Positions 35,268 through 46,933 of a stretch of 56,766 nucleotides of DNA are shown piece by piece. Position numbers and translations under genes: made by a program. The DNA is taken from the NCBI RefSeq assembly GCF_004010195.1, contig NC_057719.1, positions 87,721,989 to 87,778,754 of the forward strand. Direction: 5' to 3'. A model generated the notes under the pieces. It did not search any database and was not told the DNA's origin. It worked only from the letters and a program-made list of their open reading frames with translations. The stretch comes from Chiloscyllium plagiosum. Taxonomy: Eukaryota. Every line of letters starts with the position of its first letter. Within the stretch, counting starts at the first letter, position 1.

Positions 35268-35343
35268 CTTGAGCCTGGGGAGTTGACTCGCAACCAGTGC
35301 TGCTTCTACCCTCTTCCTATCAGCTGGAAACATCTGGTAAATA
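35268..35343 (-). CDS. PLCB2: PLC beta 2, exon 7 equivalent
   Basis: 76 bp, CAG|...|GTGAGT; (N)IYQMFPADRKRVEAALVASQLPRLK; FPADRKRVEAAL matches the PLCB2 form of this motif (PLCB1/3 have FSAD..RVETAL). Confidence 0.93.
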
Positions 35344-35801
35344 CTGCAGACATGAGAGGAGAACACCCTGAACTCCACAAAGTAAAAAAACCAAAAGAAC
35401 TGAAGATGCTGTAGGTCAGCAGAAATCGCAAAAGCAGAAATCGCTGGAAAAGCTCAGCAGGTCTGGCAGCATCTATGGAGACACATCAGAGATAATCTTT
35501 CTAGTTCTAGTCCTGAGGAAAGGTGACTCCAGTTCTGAGGAAGGGGCACCCTCAACCCAAAATGTCAACTTTATTTCTCTCTGCTGAACTGAGTTTTTAC
35601 ACCAATTTCTGTTTTGTTTGTGACCCTTAACTCCACAGTGACTTAAATGACAGCAATACTTTATCATCAATGAGTTATTTAAATATCAGGATCAGTGGTT
35701 AAATTCAATGATTTGTCCACAGAGATTATTGTTACATCTGAGATTTTTTCAATTCCAGACCTCCAAAGTTGAGATTATTTCTTTTAAAATTCTCTACATA
35801 C

Positions 35802-35855
35802 TTTCTGACTGGAATTCTTCTCTCTTCATTCACAAATAATTTTATCTTTGTGTAC
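35802..35855 (-). CDS. PLCB2: PLC beta 2, exon 6 equivalent (EF-hand region)
   Basis: 54 bp, CAG|...|GTATGT; (M)YTKIKLFVNEERRIPVR; phase 2-2. Confidence 0.88.
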
Positions 35856-36099
35856 CTGCAATAGATAAAACAACAGAACCAGTCAACATTTCTCACAGAT
35901 TCCTGAGCTCTCAGCGTGGACTGACCTACATCCATCAACTGCCAGTTCCTGACTGGATCAGTGCCAGAACTGTGGCCTGGGGGTAGTTGTGAGAACGGGT
36001 CACAGAGTGGAGGGTAAACCCATGAGACGATTAGTGAGTGGCTGGGTTAGGTTGGGGAGCTGGGGTGGTGTAGGATATGATCAATGAGGAAATAGGATC

Positions 36100-36440
36100 A
36101 AGATGGCTCAATGGTTTGCATTATTGCCTCACAGCGTCAGAGATCCAGGTTCAATTCCAGCCTTGGGCGACTGTCTGTGTGGAGTTTGCACTTTCTCCCT
36201 GTGTCTGCATGGATTTCCTCTGGGTGCACTGGTTTCCTCCCACAGTTCAAATATGGTGCAGGTTAGGTGAATTGACTGTGCAAAATTGCCCATATTGTTC
36301 AGGAATTTGTAGGTTAGGTGCATTGGTCATGGAAGTGTAGGGTAGGGTAGGGGAGTGGGTCTGGGCGGGATACTCTTTAGAGAATTGGTGTGTGCCTGTT
36401 CGGCCTAATGGCCTGTTTCCATGCTGTGGGGATTATATGG
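36100..36440 (+). mobile_element. HE1/V-SINE-like element (diverged)
   Basis: Same core as the other copies. Confidence 0.82.
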
Positions 36441-36524
36441 TATCAGGGCACTGATTCTTAGAGGAAAGGAGATTGTTGAAGAAAGGAGGCAGCGAATGAT
36501 GGAGGGGGCGGGGCACAGTTGGTA

Positions 36525-36845
36525 TTAGATTAGATTAGATTACTTACAGTGTGGAAACAGGCCCTTCGGCCCAACAAGTCCACACCGACCCGCCGAAGCG
36601 CAACCCACCCATACCCCTACATCTACCCCTTTAACCTAACACTACGGGCAATTTAGCATGGCCAATTCACCTGACCCGCACATCTTTGTGACTGTGGGAG
36701 GAAACCGGAGCACCCGGAGGAAACCCACGCAGACACGGGGAGAATGTGCAAACTCCACACAGTCAGTCGCCTGAGTCAGGAATTGAACCCGGGTCTACAG
36801 GCGCTGTGAGGCAGCAGTGCTAACCACTGGGCCACGGTGCCGCCC
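36525..36845 (-). mobile_element. Young HE1/V-SINE-like element with (CTAAT)n tail
   Basis: Full length, with A/B boxes on the minus strand. Confidence 0.9.
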
Positions 36846-37294
36846 ACGGCACGGTGGCAGTATCTTTGGGTCAGCATGTTTGTATGTATACCTGTGTGTT
36901 GATGTGTGCATGGCTGTGTGTATACGTATCAGTGTGTCTGTTTGTGTGTTGATATTTGTAAGTAGGGTATGTGTGTGTGTGTGTCACCATGGTAGAGAAG
37001 TTCAAGACTAGAAAGCATAATTTTAAGGTGAAAGGAGAAAGATTTAAAAGGGACCTGAAGGTCTACTTTTTCACGCAGAGGGTGGTTTGAACACCAGAGG
37101 AAGTGGTAGATACAGATACAGTTACGACATTTAAAAGATATTAAGACAGGTATATGAATTGGAAAGGTTTAGAGGGGTATGGGCCAAACACAGGCAAATG
37201 AGGCTAGATCAGTCGAGGAAACCTGGTCAGCATGGATGAGTTGGACTGAAAATTCTGCTTCCATGCTGTACATCTCCATGATTCTATGACCTCA

Positions 37295-37332
<38 letters not shown>

Positions 37333-37654
37333 GCAAGAAAGTAAAAACCTACAGGATCACGGTGGAAGAGTGGGAAAGTCAAGATACTTATATTGTTCAA
37401 AGTCACAGTTGTGATGTATGATTCAATGGCGTAGTAAAGAGTTTACAACTGAAACATATTTTCTTCTGCATTTGGATTCCTGATCTGGATGAGAGGCCTC
37501 CCAGTGGTGTCGGGGGGTTGTATCAGGGAACCTGACAGCTCCTTGGGCCTCTGACAGGGTAGGTTCATGAAGCAAGCCTGTAATCTCTGAGGGACGGGGC
37601 ATGAACAGTGTATCTGAATCCACAGTGTCATGGTATACATAGCACTGTCTTTAT

Positions 37655-38490
37655 GTGGGCAGGAGGCAGATGGAGTTTAATTTAGATAAATGTGAGGTGC
37701 TGCATTTTGGAAAGGCAAATCGGGGCAGAGATCTGTGAAACTTTGCAGAGGGTCATAGATAGTTTAAACGAGTGGGCAAAGGTCTGTCAGATGGAGTAAA
37801 ATATTAATAAATGTGGAGTCATCTTTTTTGGTAGGAATAACAGTAAAAAGGATTATTATTTTAATGGTAAAAATTTGCAGCATTCTGTCGTTGTGCATGA
37901 AACACAGAAGGTTGGTCTGCGGGTACAACAAGTAAGGCAAATGGAATTTTGTCCTTCATTGCTCAAGGGATTGAGTTTAAAAGCAGGGAGGTTAGGTTGC
38001 AGGGGATGCAGACGAGGTTCACTAAGTTTATTCTTGAGTTGAGCCGGTTGGTTTATGAGGAGAGACTGAGTAGACTAAGATTATATTCATTGGAGTTTAG
38101 AAGAATGAGGGGGCTCTTTATATAAAATTATGAAGGGAATAGATAAGATAGAAGTAGAGAGAATGTTTCCACTGGCAGGTGAAACTAGGACAAGAGGGTA
38201 TAGCCTCAAAATTAGGGGGAGCAGATTTAGGATCAAATTGAGAAGGAACTTCTTCACCTAGAGAGTTGTGGAATTCCATGCTCAGTGAAGCAGTTGAGGC
38301 TTCCTCATTGAATGTTTTTAAAGCTAAGATAGATAATTTTTTGAACAGTAAAGGAATTAAGTGTTATGGTGAGAGGGCAGGTAAGTGGAGCTGAGTCCAT
38401 GAAAAGATCAGCCATAATCTTACTGAATGGCGGAGTGGGCTCGAAGGGCCAGATGGCCTACTCCTGCTCCTAGTTCTTATGTTCTTATGA
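37655..38490 (+). mobile_element. CR1 LINE fragments (RT C-terminus to 3' end)
   Basis: WQMEFN.DKCEVLHFG; 3' tail CCTACTCCTGCTCCTAGTTCTTATGTTCTTATG. Confidence 0.82.
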
Positions 38491-38710
38491 CTCACACATT
38501 AACATACACACTGTCACCCACACACATTCTCTCACACACATTAACACACTCTCCCTCAGACCCACACCAACACACACACTCCCCCAGACCCACACCAACA
38601 CACACCCTCTCTTTCACACTCGCACCAACACACACTCTCCCTTAGACCTGCACCAACACACGCTCTCACACGGTCACACGAACAGACACACTCTGTCAGA
38701 CCCACACTCA
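38490..38710. repeat. CA-rich low-complexity repeat
   Basis: CACACAC/CAGACCCACACCAACACAC units. Confidence 0.8.
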
Positions 38711-38802
38711 GTGCCTGTGAGGGTGTTGTATTTTAAAGAGTCCCTACCATGTGGTTGAAGGTGTTTTGGCAGAATCTGCGTAGAGCTTTGACGAAGACTT
38801 AC

Positions 38803-38882
38803 ATTTTCTGGATGGAGACCGATCGAGGGGGATTGTGTGACAGCACATGAGTCGCGAGATTGAGTATTTCATCAGCCCAACC
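38803..38882 (-). CDS. PLCB2: PLC beta 2, exon 5 equivalent
   Basis: 80 bp, TAG|...|GTAAGT; GWADEILNLATHVLSHNPPRSVSIQK; phase 0-2 fits neighbouring exons. Confidence 0.88.
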
Positions 38883-39254
38883 CTATGGAGAATAGGCAAA
38901 GTTACAAGTGAGGGACCAGAGAGTGTGAGCCTGTATCTGTATCAGCACGACACACACACACACCGTCAGGACGGACTGGGGAGCAGTGCAATGTCAGAGC
39001 TCCGGGAAAGACAGAGCTCAGTGACTGCTTTATTTGCAGATTATTTTTACAAGCACTGGCAATGTCTTCCTGCAGGAAGCACAAATTCAGTCAGAAACCA
39101 CATCCCTCCAACTTCCGATACATACTCCCTCTCCCCACTCACATCGCCAGAACAAAGAAAGGAGACAGGGACCCGCCAGGGTTCCTTCAGTCTTTAACCC
39201 CACTGTACCCTAATTACCCGGTCCAATCTTCCGTCAAACAGCACAGACCACCCA

Positions 39255-39552
39255 GCAATACTGAGGGAGCCCTGAACTGCTGGAGGGTCAGTACTGAGGG
39301 AGTGCTCTAATGTCAAAGAGTCAGTACTGAGGGAGTGCTGCACTGTCAGAGGATCAATACTGAGGGAGTGCTGCACTGTTAGAGGGTCAGTGCTGAGGGA
39401 GTGCTGCACTGTCAGAGGGTCAGTGCTGAGGGAGTGCTGCACTGTCAGAAAGTCAGTGCAGAGGGAGTGCTGCACTGTCAGAGGGTCAGTGCTGAGGGAG
39501 TGCTGCACTGTCGGAGGATCAGTACTGAGGGAGTGCTGCACTGTCGGAGGGT
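39255..39552. repeat. 33-bp minisatellite (CAGTACTGAGGGAGTGCTGCACTGTCAGAGGGT), about 9 units
   Basis: Produces the 11-aa periodic spurious ORF VQHSLSTDPLT. Confidence 0.93.
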
Positions 39553-39648
39553 GCTGAGTTGTGCTGATATTGGAGAGTGATATTTTTGTTGTGATTTCAC
39601 AGACAGCCTGTCTCTCTGGAACACTGCTTTGGGCGGCATGCCTCTTAC

Positions 39649-39789
39649 CTTCACCACATTGGCTTTGAAGGCGACAAAGTTATCGAAGGTCAGATTTACG
39701 AAATCAGGTCCTGACACCACCGTGAGGCACTTGGAATAAAAATTGGACTCTGGGTTTTCCACATTAAAAATCTCCCGGATTTTCGGATG
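39649..39789 (-). CDS. PLCB2: Phospholipase C beta 2, exon equivalent to human exon 4 (PH domain C-terminal part)
   Basis: 141 bp, CAG|...|GTAAG; encodes HPKIREIFNVENPESNFYSKCLTVVSGPDFVNLTFDNFVAFKANVVK, resembling PLCB2 LTVVSGPDMVDLTFHNFV. Confidence 0.92.
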
Positions 39790-41324
39790 CTGTGAAATAA
39801 ACAGGATTACAGAATCATCAGAAGAACGCACACGGGATCCAACTGACAATCGACAGTCAATCCACTGTCCTAGACCTCTCACAGCCCTGCTGAGGATGGA
39901 GACAGAATCACTGAGGCTGACCCGGGACAAACCGGAGAGGGGCTTGGGGGTGGGGGTAATGGGTGTGGCACAGCCAGTAGGGTGAATGAGGGTACGTGAG
40001 AGTGGGTAAGGGTGTGTAAGTTTAGTAGATGAGGGTGAGGTGAAGGTGAGTGAGGGTATGTGAGGATGGATGAGGGTGTGTTAGAGTAAGTAAGATGTGT
40101 GACGGTGGGTCAGGCTGTGTAGAGATGGGTGGGTGGTCNNNNNNNNNNNNNNNNNNNNNNNNNNNGAGTGTCTGTAGGGGGCAGTCACATTGAGCTGGGA
40201 TCTCTGATCCTCACAGCGGTTTGAACACTCAGTCCATGATCTGGAAAAACTTCCTGAAGTTCGGAGCTGTGGGAGGAAATCAGCCACAGCTCATTTGCCT
40301 GTGAGTTCCTTCCTGTGTTCTGGTTTGTCGGCCAGCTTTGATTGTCTAACTAAAGGTGAATCACTAAATTCAAATGAGGCAGGCTCAGAAACACGTTCAC
40401 GGAGATCTTGCAGTCAACACACCTCCCTTCGACAATGACAACAACACATCCCACATCATGGATTCGGAATCAGCATAGAGCAGGGTGACCTTCACAGGTC
40501 CATTGTGAACATTCCTCACCACGTTGTCACGGCAATGTTCAGTGAGAACTCCAATTGTTTCCCCCTTACCTTACTGTCATCTGGCATATGATATTTAAGT
40601 TAAATCTTAATTTACACATTTTTTAAAATCATTCACAAGATTTGAATGGGTATATGAATAGGAAGGGTTTAGAGGGATATGGGCCAAGCGCTGGCAAATG
40701 GGACTAAATTAGGTTAGGATTATCTGGTCGACATGGACAAGTTGGACCTAAGGGTCTGTTTCCATGCTGTACATCTCTATGACTCTATTTAGGAGTCACT
40801 GGCTACACCCAGCATTTATTGCCCATCCCAGGGGATAGTTAAGAGTCAACCACATTGCTGTGGGCTTGGAGTCACATGTAGGCCAGACCAGGTAAGGTTG
40901 GCAGATTTCCTTCACTAAAGGTCATGAGTGAATTCGATGGGGTTTTACAACAAATGATAATGATTAAATGGCTGTCATTAGATTAGCTTTTAATTGCTGA
41001 ATATATTGATTGAAAATTGCACCATTCAATATAATCGGCAATGAAAAGGTAATCTAATGACAGTCAGGTAACCATTATCAATTTAACCCATGTTCCCCTG
41101 AGCATTGGGCAGGCTCTCTGGATTACTAGTCCAATGATAATGCAACTCAGCCACCACTCCCTTTGGGTATTCCCCTAGTTGTACCTTTTCCATGTAGCAG
41201 GATCCAATGTACAGACTCTTTTGGGATGTTTCTGTATCTGAGTTTGGACATCCTATGGAACAAGCTCCCATACTCGGCTAGATAGTGAATACTGGTTTGT
41301 GGGAATCCTCCACACAGAGTTTCA

Positions 41325-42235
41325 AGTAAAGACCAATACTCCATTTGCCTCCACTATTATCCTTGGATCTTGAATGCTAGCTTCTTGTGGTTCATGGGCG
41401 AGGACATCCAAATCCCTCTGTCCTGTAGCTTTCCGCAGTCTTTCTCCATTTAAGTAATATTCAGCTCCTCTGTTCTTCCTGCCAAAGTGCATAACCTCAC
41501 ATTTCCCTACATTGTATTCTAACTGCCGAGTTTTTGCCCACTCATTTAACCTGTCTGTACCCCTCTGCAGACTTTGTGTCAACCTCACCACCTGCCTTCA
41601 TGCCTATTTATGACATATGTAAATTTGTCTAAGTCATTAGACTATATTGTAAATATATGTGGCCCAGCACTGAACCCTAAGCACTTCACTAGTTACAAGT
41701 TGCCATCCTGATAATACTCCATTTTCATCCCAACACTCTTTCTTCTATGAGCTAGCCAATCCCCTATCTATGCTAATGTACCATCTCCAAAATCACAGGC
41801 TCTTATTAAGCAGCCTAATGTGTGGTACCTTATCAAATGTCTTTTGGAAATATATTGCATTCATTGTTTCCCCTTTATCTACCATACTTGTTACATCCTC
41901 AAGGTACTGTAATAAATTAGTCAGGCATGATTTTCCATCTTGACATTATGTGGACTGTACTTGATTATATCATGTAATTCTAAATGCTCTGCTATTACAT
42001 CCTCTGTAATACACTCTAACATTTTCCTAATAAGCTGACTTAACTATAGTTACCAGTTTATTGTCTCCTTTCTTTTTCAAATAAAGGTGTAGCATTGCCA
42101 GTTTTTTAATCCTCTGGGATTTTTCCAGAAGCTAAGAATTCTTGGAACATGACTACCAGTATATCCACTCTCTATAGCTACTTTCTTTAATATCCTAGAA
42201 TGCATCCCATCAGAGCCATTAGTTTCCTTAGTTCA
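41325..42235 (-). mobile_element. CR1 LINE RT fragment
   Basis: DRLNEWAKTRQLEYNVGKCEVMHFGRKN. Confidence 0.82.
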
Positions 42236-42715
42236 GTTTGTCTCTTGATGGTTATTGTGTTTATTTTCTTCACTCAACCCCTCTTCCTTGTGAACAGAGT
42301 TTATTGACTATCAGACACACAGCTCATTCCACACTACCAATTCCACTTTATATTTATACAACAGCTTCACTAATTAATTATCCCCGTCTACAGCCTAACT
42401 TCTGCTGTACTGAACAATCCTTCATCTTCGCTTTTAAATAAAACTTCTAAAATCAAACAAATAGAAGCCATAGAAAAATAATCAAAATATTTTTGTCATA
42501 TTCTGCATCTTATAACATAACTTTGAATACTTACCCTTCTTTCTAGAAACAAAAAAGTTACAACAGTTTTAGTCACGAAACAATCTGAACAGAAAAACAA
42601 ACTTACTTTATTTTCTTACAACTCCTCATACCAGAAGACAACCTTCTTTGAGTATTTCAAATAATTTATTTGCAGAACCACCTTTCTTGTAAAACAGCTG
42701 TTGACTTACATCTCT

Positions 42716-44116
42716 CTCTTTTTAACTCACAAAAACCTTTATTTAATGAGAAGGTTTAGGAACTCCAGGTTAAGATTTCCAATATTGTTTCAAACTTTAT
42801 GTTCTTCCCCAAACTCATCTGTAGAAACCATTTCCTTCACTAGACACAGGAGCTGTGCATGGTGACACTGTGATTGGTCAAGATCTTCCTTTCAGGCCTT
42901 TAGAAACAAAGTAGCCAATGGTGTGTCAATATGGGGCTCAGTGAGCCGTGTAAAAGTAGTTCAGGCCCTGGCCTAGTTCCTAGATAAGTATCCTGATGCC
43001 CAACACTATTGCCAGCTCCAACCGCGCCTGGATTGACTTTAATGTTGGGTAAAATACAATGTGTTTCCCACCGTGGTACCTCTTATAGTTGAAGTAATGC
43101 TCAGCAATTTGCTCGTTCCATTGCAGTTTTGCCTTGTAATCTTACAGAATCTCATGATATCTGTGTCCTACAATCGGCTCTGCTGTTCCTCCAAGGATAC
43201 CATAATCCACACTACAGACGTTCATTCCCAAGAAAATCTTATTTTTAGATTCATAGATTCACACAGTGCAGAAAAGGCCTTTCAGCCCATCAAGTCAGCA
43301 CCGACGTTAACTACCACTGAAAGTGCACTAATCCCAATTTCCTGCACTTGTCCCATATCCTTGAATGTTATGATATTTGAAGTGCACATCCAAATATTTT
43401 TTTAAAGGTTGTAAGGATTCTGGCCTCCACAATCTTCCCAGGCAGTGCATTCCAGATTCCCACCATCCATTGAGTGAAAACTCCCCTCTGAATTTTCCAC
43501 CCCTTATCCAAAAACTATGTCCTCTCATGATTGACCCCACAACCAAGGGGAACGGCTACTCTCTATTCACTCTGTCCATACCCCTCAGAATCTGATACAC
43601 CTCAATCATGTCCAGGTTCAGTCTTCTCTGCTCTAAAGAAAACAACCCAAGCCTATCTAAACTCTTGTCACAGCTCAATTTTTCCATCCTGGTGAACTTC
43701 CTCTGTACCCCAGCTAATGCTATCACATCCCTCCTGCCATTTCTCCAAACCATATCTGGGTCCAATTTCTGAACACAGGCTTGTATCCACGGGATGGGGG
43801 ATTTGGGGCCAGGTCGATGTTGGTTCAAAAGGTCATACATCATGAGACTGAATCGGTTCTCTACATGAGCCAACTTCTCAAAACCCTGCTTCCCAAACAT
43901 TCCCGGCTGGTTGATCCCTGGAGAGATGGCTGAGGGAATGACCAACACAACTTTCAGCTCAGCTTCCCACATAGCATTGGTCAAGTACTGGATTCTCGTT
44001 ATGTAGTGGATCATCTGGAATGAGCTCTTTGCGTTTCTGACCACCAAGTTGACTCCATGCCTCCAATACAAAGCCATTAATGTACTCAGCCTTCGCAGGC
44101 TGTCCTAACACTTCCA
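42716..44116 (-). pseudogene. CHID1: CHID1 (chitinase domain-containing 1 / SI-CLP) processed pseudogene, 5'-truncated, split by a CR1 fragment
   Basis: [110 protein letters not shown]; internal stops; AATAAA at 42738-43; short A tail; TSD ACATCTCT at 42708-15 and 44117-24. Confidence 0.88.
43245..43738 (-). mobile_element. CR1 LINE 3' fragment inserted in the CHID1 retrocopy
   Basis: VQRKFTRM..RLGLFSLEQRRL..DMIEVYQILRGMDRV. Confidence 0.88.
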
Positions 44117-44307
44117 ACATCTCTGAAGACTTGCATCTTCTCACTTGGTTTTGAGCATCTGGTTTCTTGTTAACATTTCCTTTGTCTCATCAAGGTCAGA
44201 CCTCAACCTTTCTTCAGCAATGCCTTCTGTCAAATATACATTGTCTCAAAGATAGAACATTAACTTCTATGGGTTAATATTTCTCAGATAGCACTATGAT
44301 TTTTTTT

Positions 44308-44460
44308 TAGATTAGATTACTTACAGTGTGGAAACAGGCCCTTCGGCCCAACAAGTCCACACCGCCCCGCCGAAGCGCAACCCACCCATACCCCTACATT
44401 TACCCCTTACCTAACACTACGGGCAATTTAGCATGGCCAATTCACCTGACCTGGCCAATT
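44308..44460 (-). mobile_element. SINE 3' fragment with (CTAAT)n tail inside the Copia remnant
   Basis: Nearly identical to the tail-side part of the SINEs at 32760 and 36525. Confidence 0.85.
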
Positions 44461-44684
44461 CTAACATTTCTTTCTGAATGTTAGACAAGCATACTGCCAT
44501 AACTATTACTTCCACTATTTCCAGTGTTTCAGCAGCTAAGGCACTTTTGACAACCCTATTTATTTTCTTTGCTTTTCCCAGGTCATATTTATTATTCTTT
44601 TCTACCAAGAATATGATAAATTTTGATATGCTAGAATATCTATTAGGAGATCTGCATGTGGATTACCACCAAAAAGGATTCACT

Positions 44685-45207
44685 TCATATTGTGTATAGT
44701 TCTGGTCGCCATATTTCGGGAAGGATGGGGAAGCATTGGAAAAGGTGCAGAGGAGATTTACCAGGATGTTGCCTGGCCTGGAGGGAATGTCTTATGAGGA
44801 AAGGCTGAGAGACTTCGGTCTGTTCTCATTGGAAAGAAGAAGGCTAAGGGGAGATTTGATAGAGACATACAAGATGATCAGAGGATTAGATAGGGTAGAC
44901 ACTGAAAGTCTTTTTCCTAGGATGATGAAGTCAGCTTGTACGAGGGGGCATAGCTACAAATTGAGGAGTGATAGATTTAGGACAGATGTCAGAGGCATGT
45001 TCTTTACGCAGAGAGTGGTAAAGGCATGGAATGCCCTACCTGCTAATGTAGTCAACTCAGCCACATTAGGGAGATTCAAACAATCCTTGGATAAGCACAT
45101 GAATGATTTTGGGATAGTGTAAGGGGACGAGCTGAGAACAGTTCACAGGTTGGCGCAACATCGAGGGCCGAAGAGCCTGTTCTGTGCTGTATTGTTCTAT
45201 GTTCTAT
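44685..45207 (+). mobile_element. CR1 LINE 3' fragment inside the Copia RT
   Basis: EKVQRRFTRMLPGLEGMSYEERLR..FFTQRVVKAWNALP; (GTTCTAT)n tail. Confidence 0.9.
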
Positions 45208-45815
45208 ATCTTCTGGGTCACCCAAAGATAGAAACTTGAGTGTGTGTTTTTCTAAATTTAATTCCCTTAACATTTTCTTAGCTCTGTAGATTTTTCTCAA
45301 CAGTAGACTTTCCCTTTGTCTGTTTTGAAGTAAAGTCATCTCTCTCTGAGGATTTGGCCTGATTTATCAGGAAGGGGTTAACACTTTTCAAGAAGGATTA
45401 TTGATCCAGAGTCACTCTCAGTTTATTCAGCTCAATATTCAAGCCAATATTTTCAACATATTCTGAGATAGAATGGGCATTTTTCGCAGTGATTAATTGT
45501 GACTGCTTTAAACCCTGATCAGATCATTTCTCTCGATAAAAGGCACAAAAAATGCATGGATCTAAGTCTGTCACTTTTGGACCTGAAAAGTACCCAGTCT
45601 ATCTCAGAACAGCAAAGTATCTCAAAAGGTTGAGTAACAATGTCCCCCTTGAATTGGCATTCTTGGAAATTGTCCTGATGAGTACAAGGTGAAACATTTT
45701 TCAGTAATGCATCATTCAAGTTTCATAGAACCTGCCCACAGAACATCATTGAAGTGGGTAAGGAGAAATCCTGTTAATTTCTCACTGTGACACCAGTGGA
45801 TTATTGCTGGAATCA

Positions 45816-46242
45816 GATTCTGGATTAGTGCTGCTGGAAGAGCACAGCAGTTCAGGCAGCATCCGAGGAGCAGTAAAATCGACGTTTCGGGCAAAAGCCC
45901 TTCATCAGGAATACAGGCAGTTGGGCCGAAGGGCCTGTTTCCACACTGTAAGTAATCTAATCTAATCTAATCTAATCCTTTCAAGAGGATTCGCAGTAGG
46001 GTTAAAATCAACGAGGTAAAAACAATGGAAGAGCACAGCAGTTCAGGCAGCATCCGAGGAGCATCCCACCCTCCTCTCACTTATCTCTCCACCCTTCAGG
46101 CTCTCTGCCTGTATTCCTGACGAAGGGCTTTTGCCCGAAACGTCGATTTTACTGCTCCTCAGATGCTGCTTGAACTGCTGTGCTCTTCCAGCAGCACTAA
46201 TCCAGAATCTGGTTTCCAGCATCTGCAGTCATTGTTTTTACC
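45816..46242. mobile_element. Composite Penelope-terminus element with inverted arms enclosing a SINE tail
   Basis: 14-bp TSD TATTGCTGGAATCA at 45802-15 and 46243-56; hammerhead cores on minus (about 45875-45912) and plus (46113-46148). Confidence 0.8.
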
Positions 46243-46256
46243 TATTGCTGGAATCA

Positions 46257-46933
46257 TAAAATCATAGAGTCATACAGCATGGAAACAGACCCTTCGATGC
46301 AACTCATCCATGTCGATCAAGTTTCCATCACAGAACTAATCCCACTTGCCTGCATTGACCTATATACTTCCAAACCTTTCCTACCCATGTACCTGTCCAA
46401 ATGCCTTTTAAATATTGTAATTGTACCTACCTCTACCACTTCCTCTGACAGTTCATTCTGTACATCCACCACCTTCTGCGTGCAAACGTTGCCCCTTAGG
46501 TCCCTCTTAAATCTTTCCCCTCTCGCCTTAAACCTATGCCCCCTAGTTTTGGACTCCCCTGCCCTGCCTCTCATGATTTAATAAACCTCTACAAGGATAC
46601 CCCACACCATCCAATGCTTCAGGGAGAATAATTCCTATTCAGCCTCTCCCTATAGCTCAAATCCTCCAATCCAGGCAACATCCTTGTAAATCTTTCAAGT
46701 TTAACAACATATTTCCTGTAGCAGGGCACCTAGAATTGAACACGGTATTCCAAAAGTGGGCTAGCCACAACATGACCTCCCAACTCTTATACTCAATGCA
46801 CTGACCAATAAAGGCCAGTGTGTGAAACGCTTTCTTCACCCCTCTTATCTACCTGAGACTACTTTCAAGGAACTGTGAACCTGAACCACAAAGTTTCTTT
46901 GTTCAGCAACACTCCCCAGGACTCTGCCAATAA
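46257..46933 (-). mobile_element. CR1 LINE 3' fragment
   Basis: GESKTRGHRFK.RGERFKRDLRGN..FKRHLDRYM. Confidence 0.85.

Larger units (their letters stand above)
42258..45465 (-). mobile_element. Ty1/Copia (GalEa-like) LTR retrotransposon remnant: RT-RNase H and probable 3' LTR, hosting nested insertions
   Basis: IGLNIE..VTLDQ (45465-45360), RAKKMLRELNLE..LKFLSLGDPE, KKINRVVKSALAAETL (44560-44520), DNVYLTEGIAEERLRSDLDETKEML..DASLQ (44250-44122), KKGGSANKLFEILKEG (42690-42630); purine tract followed by TGTT..AACA candidate LTR 42258-42416 with TATA-like and AATAAA motifs. Confidence 0.75.

Noticed and set aside
42938..44116. A functional nested CHID1 gene
   Set aside because: It is 5'-truncated, has in-frame stops and a frameshift, and is interrupted by CR1, so it is called a processed pseudogene.
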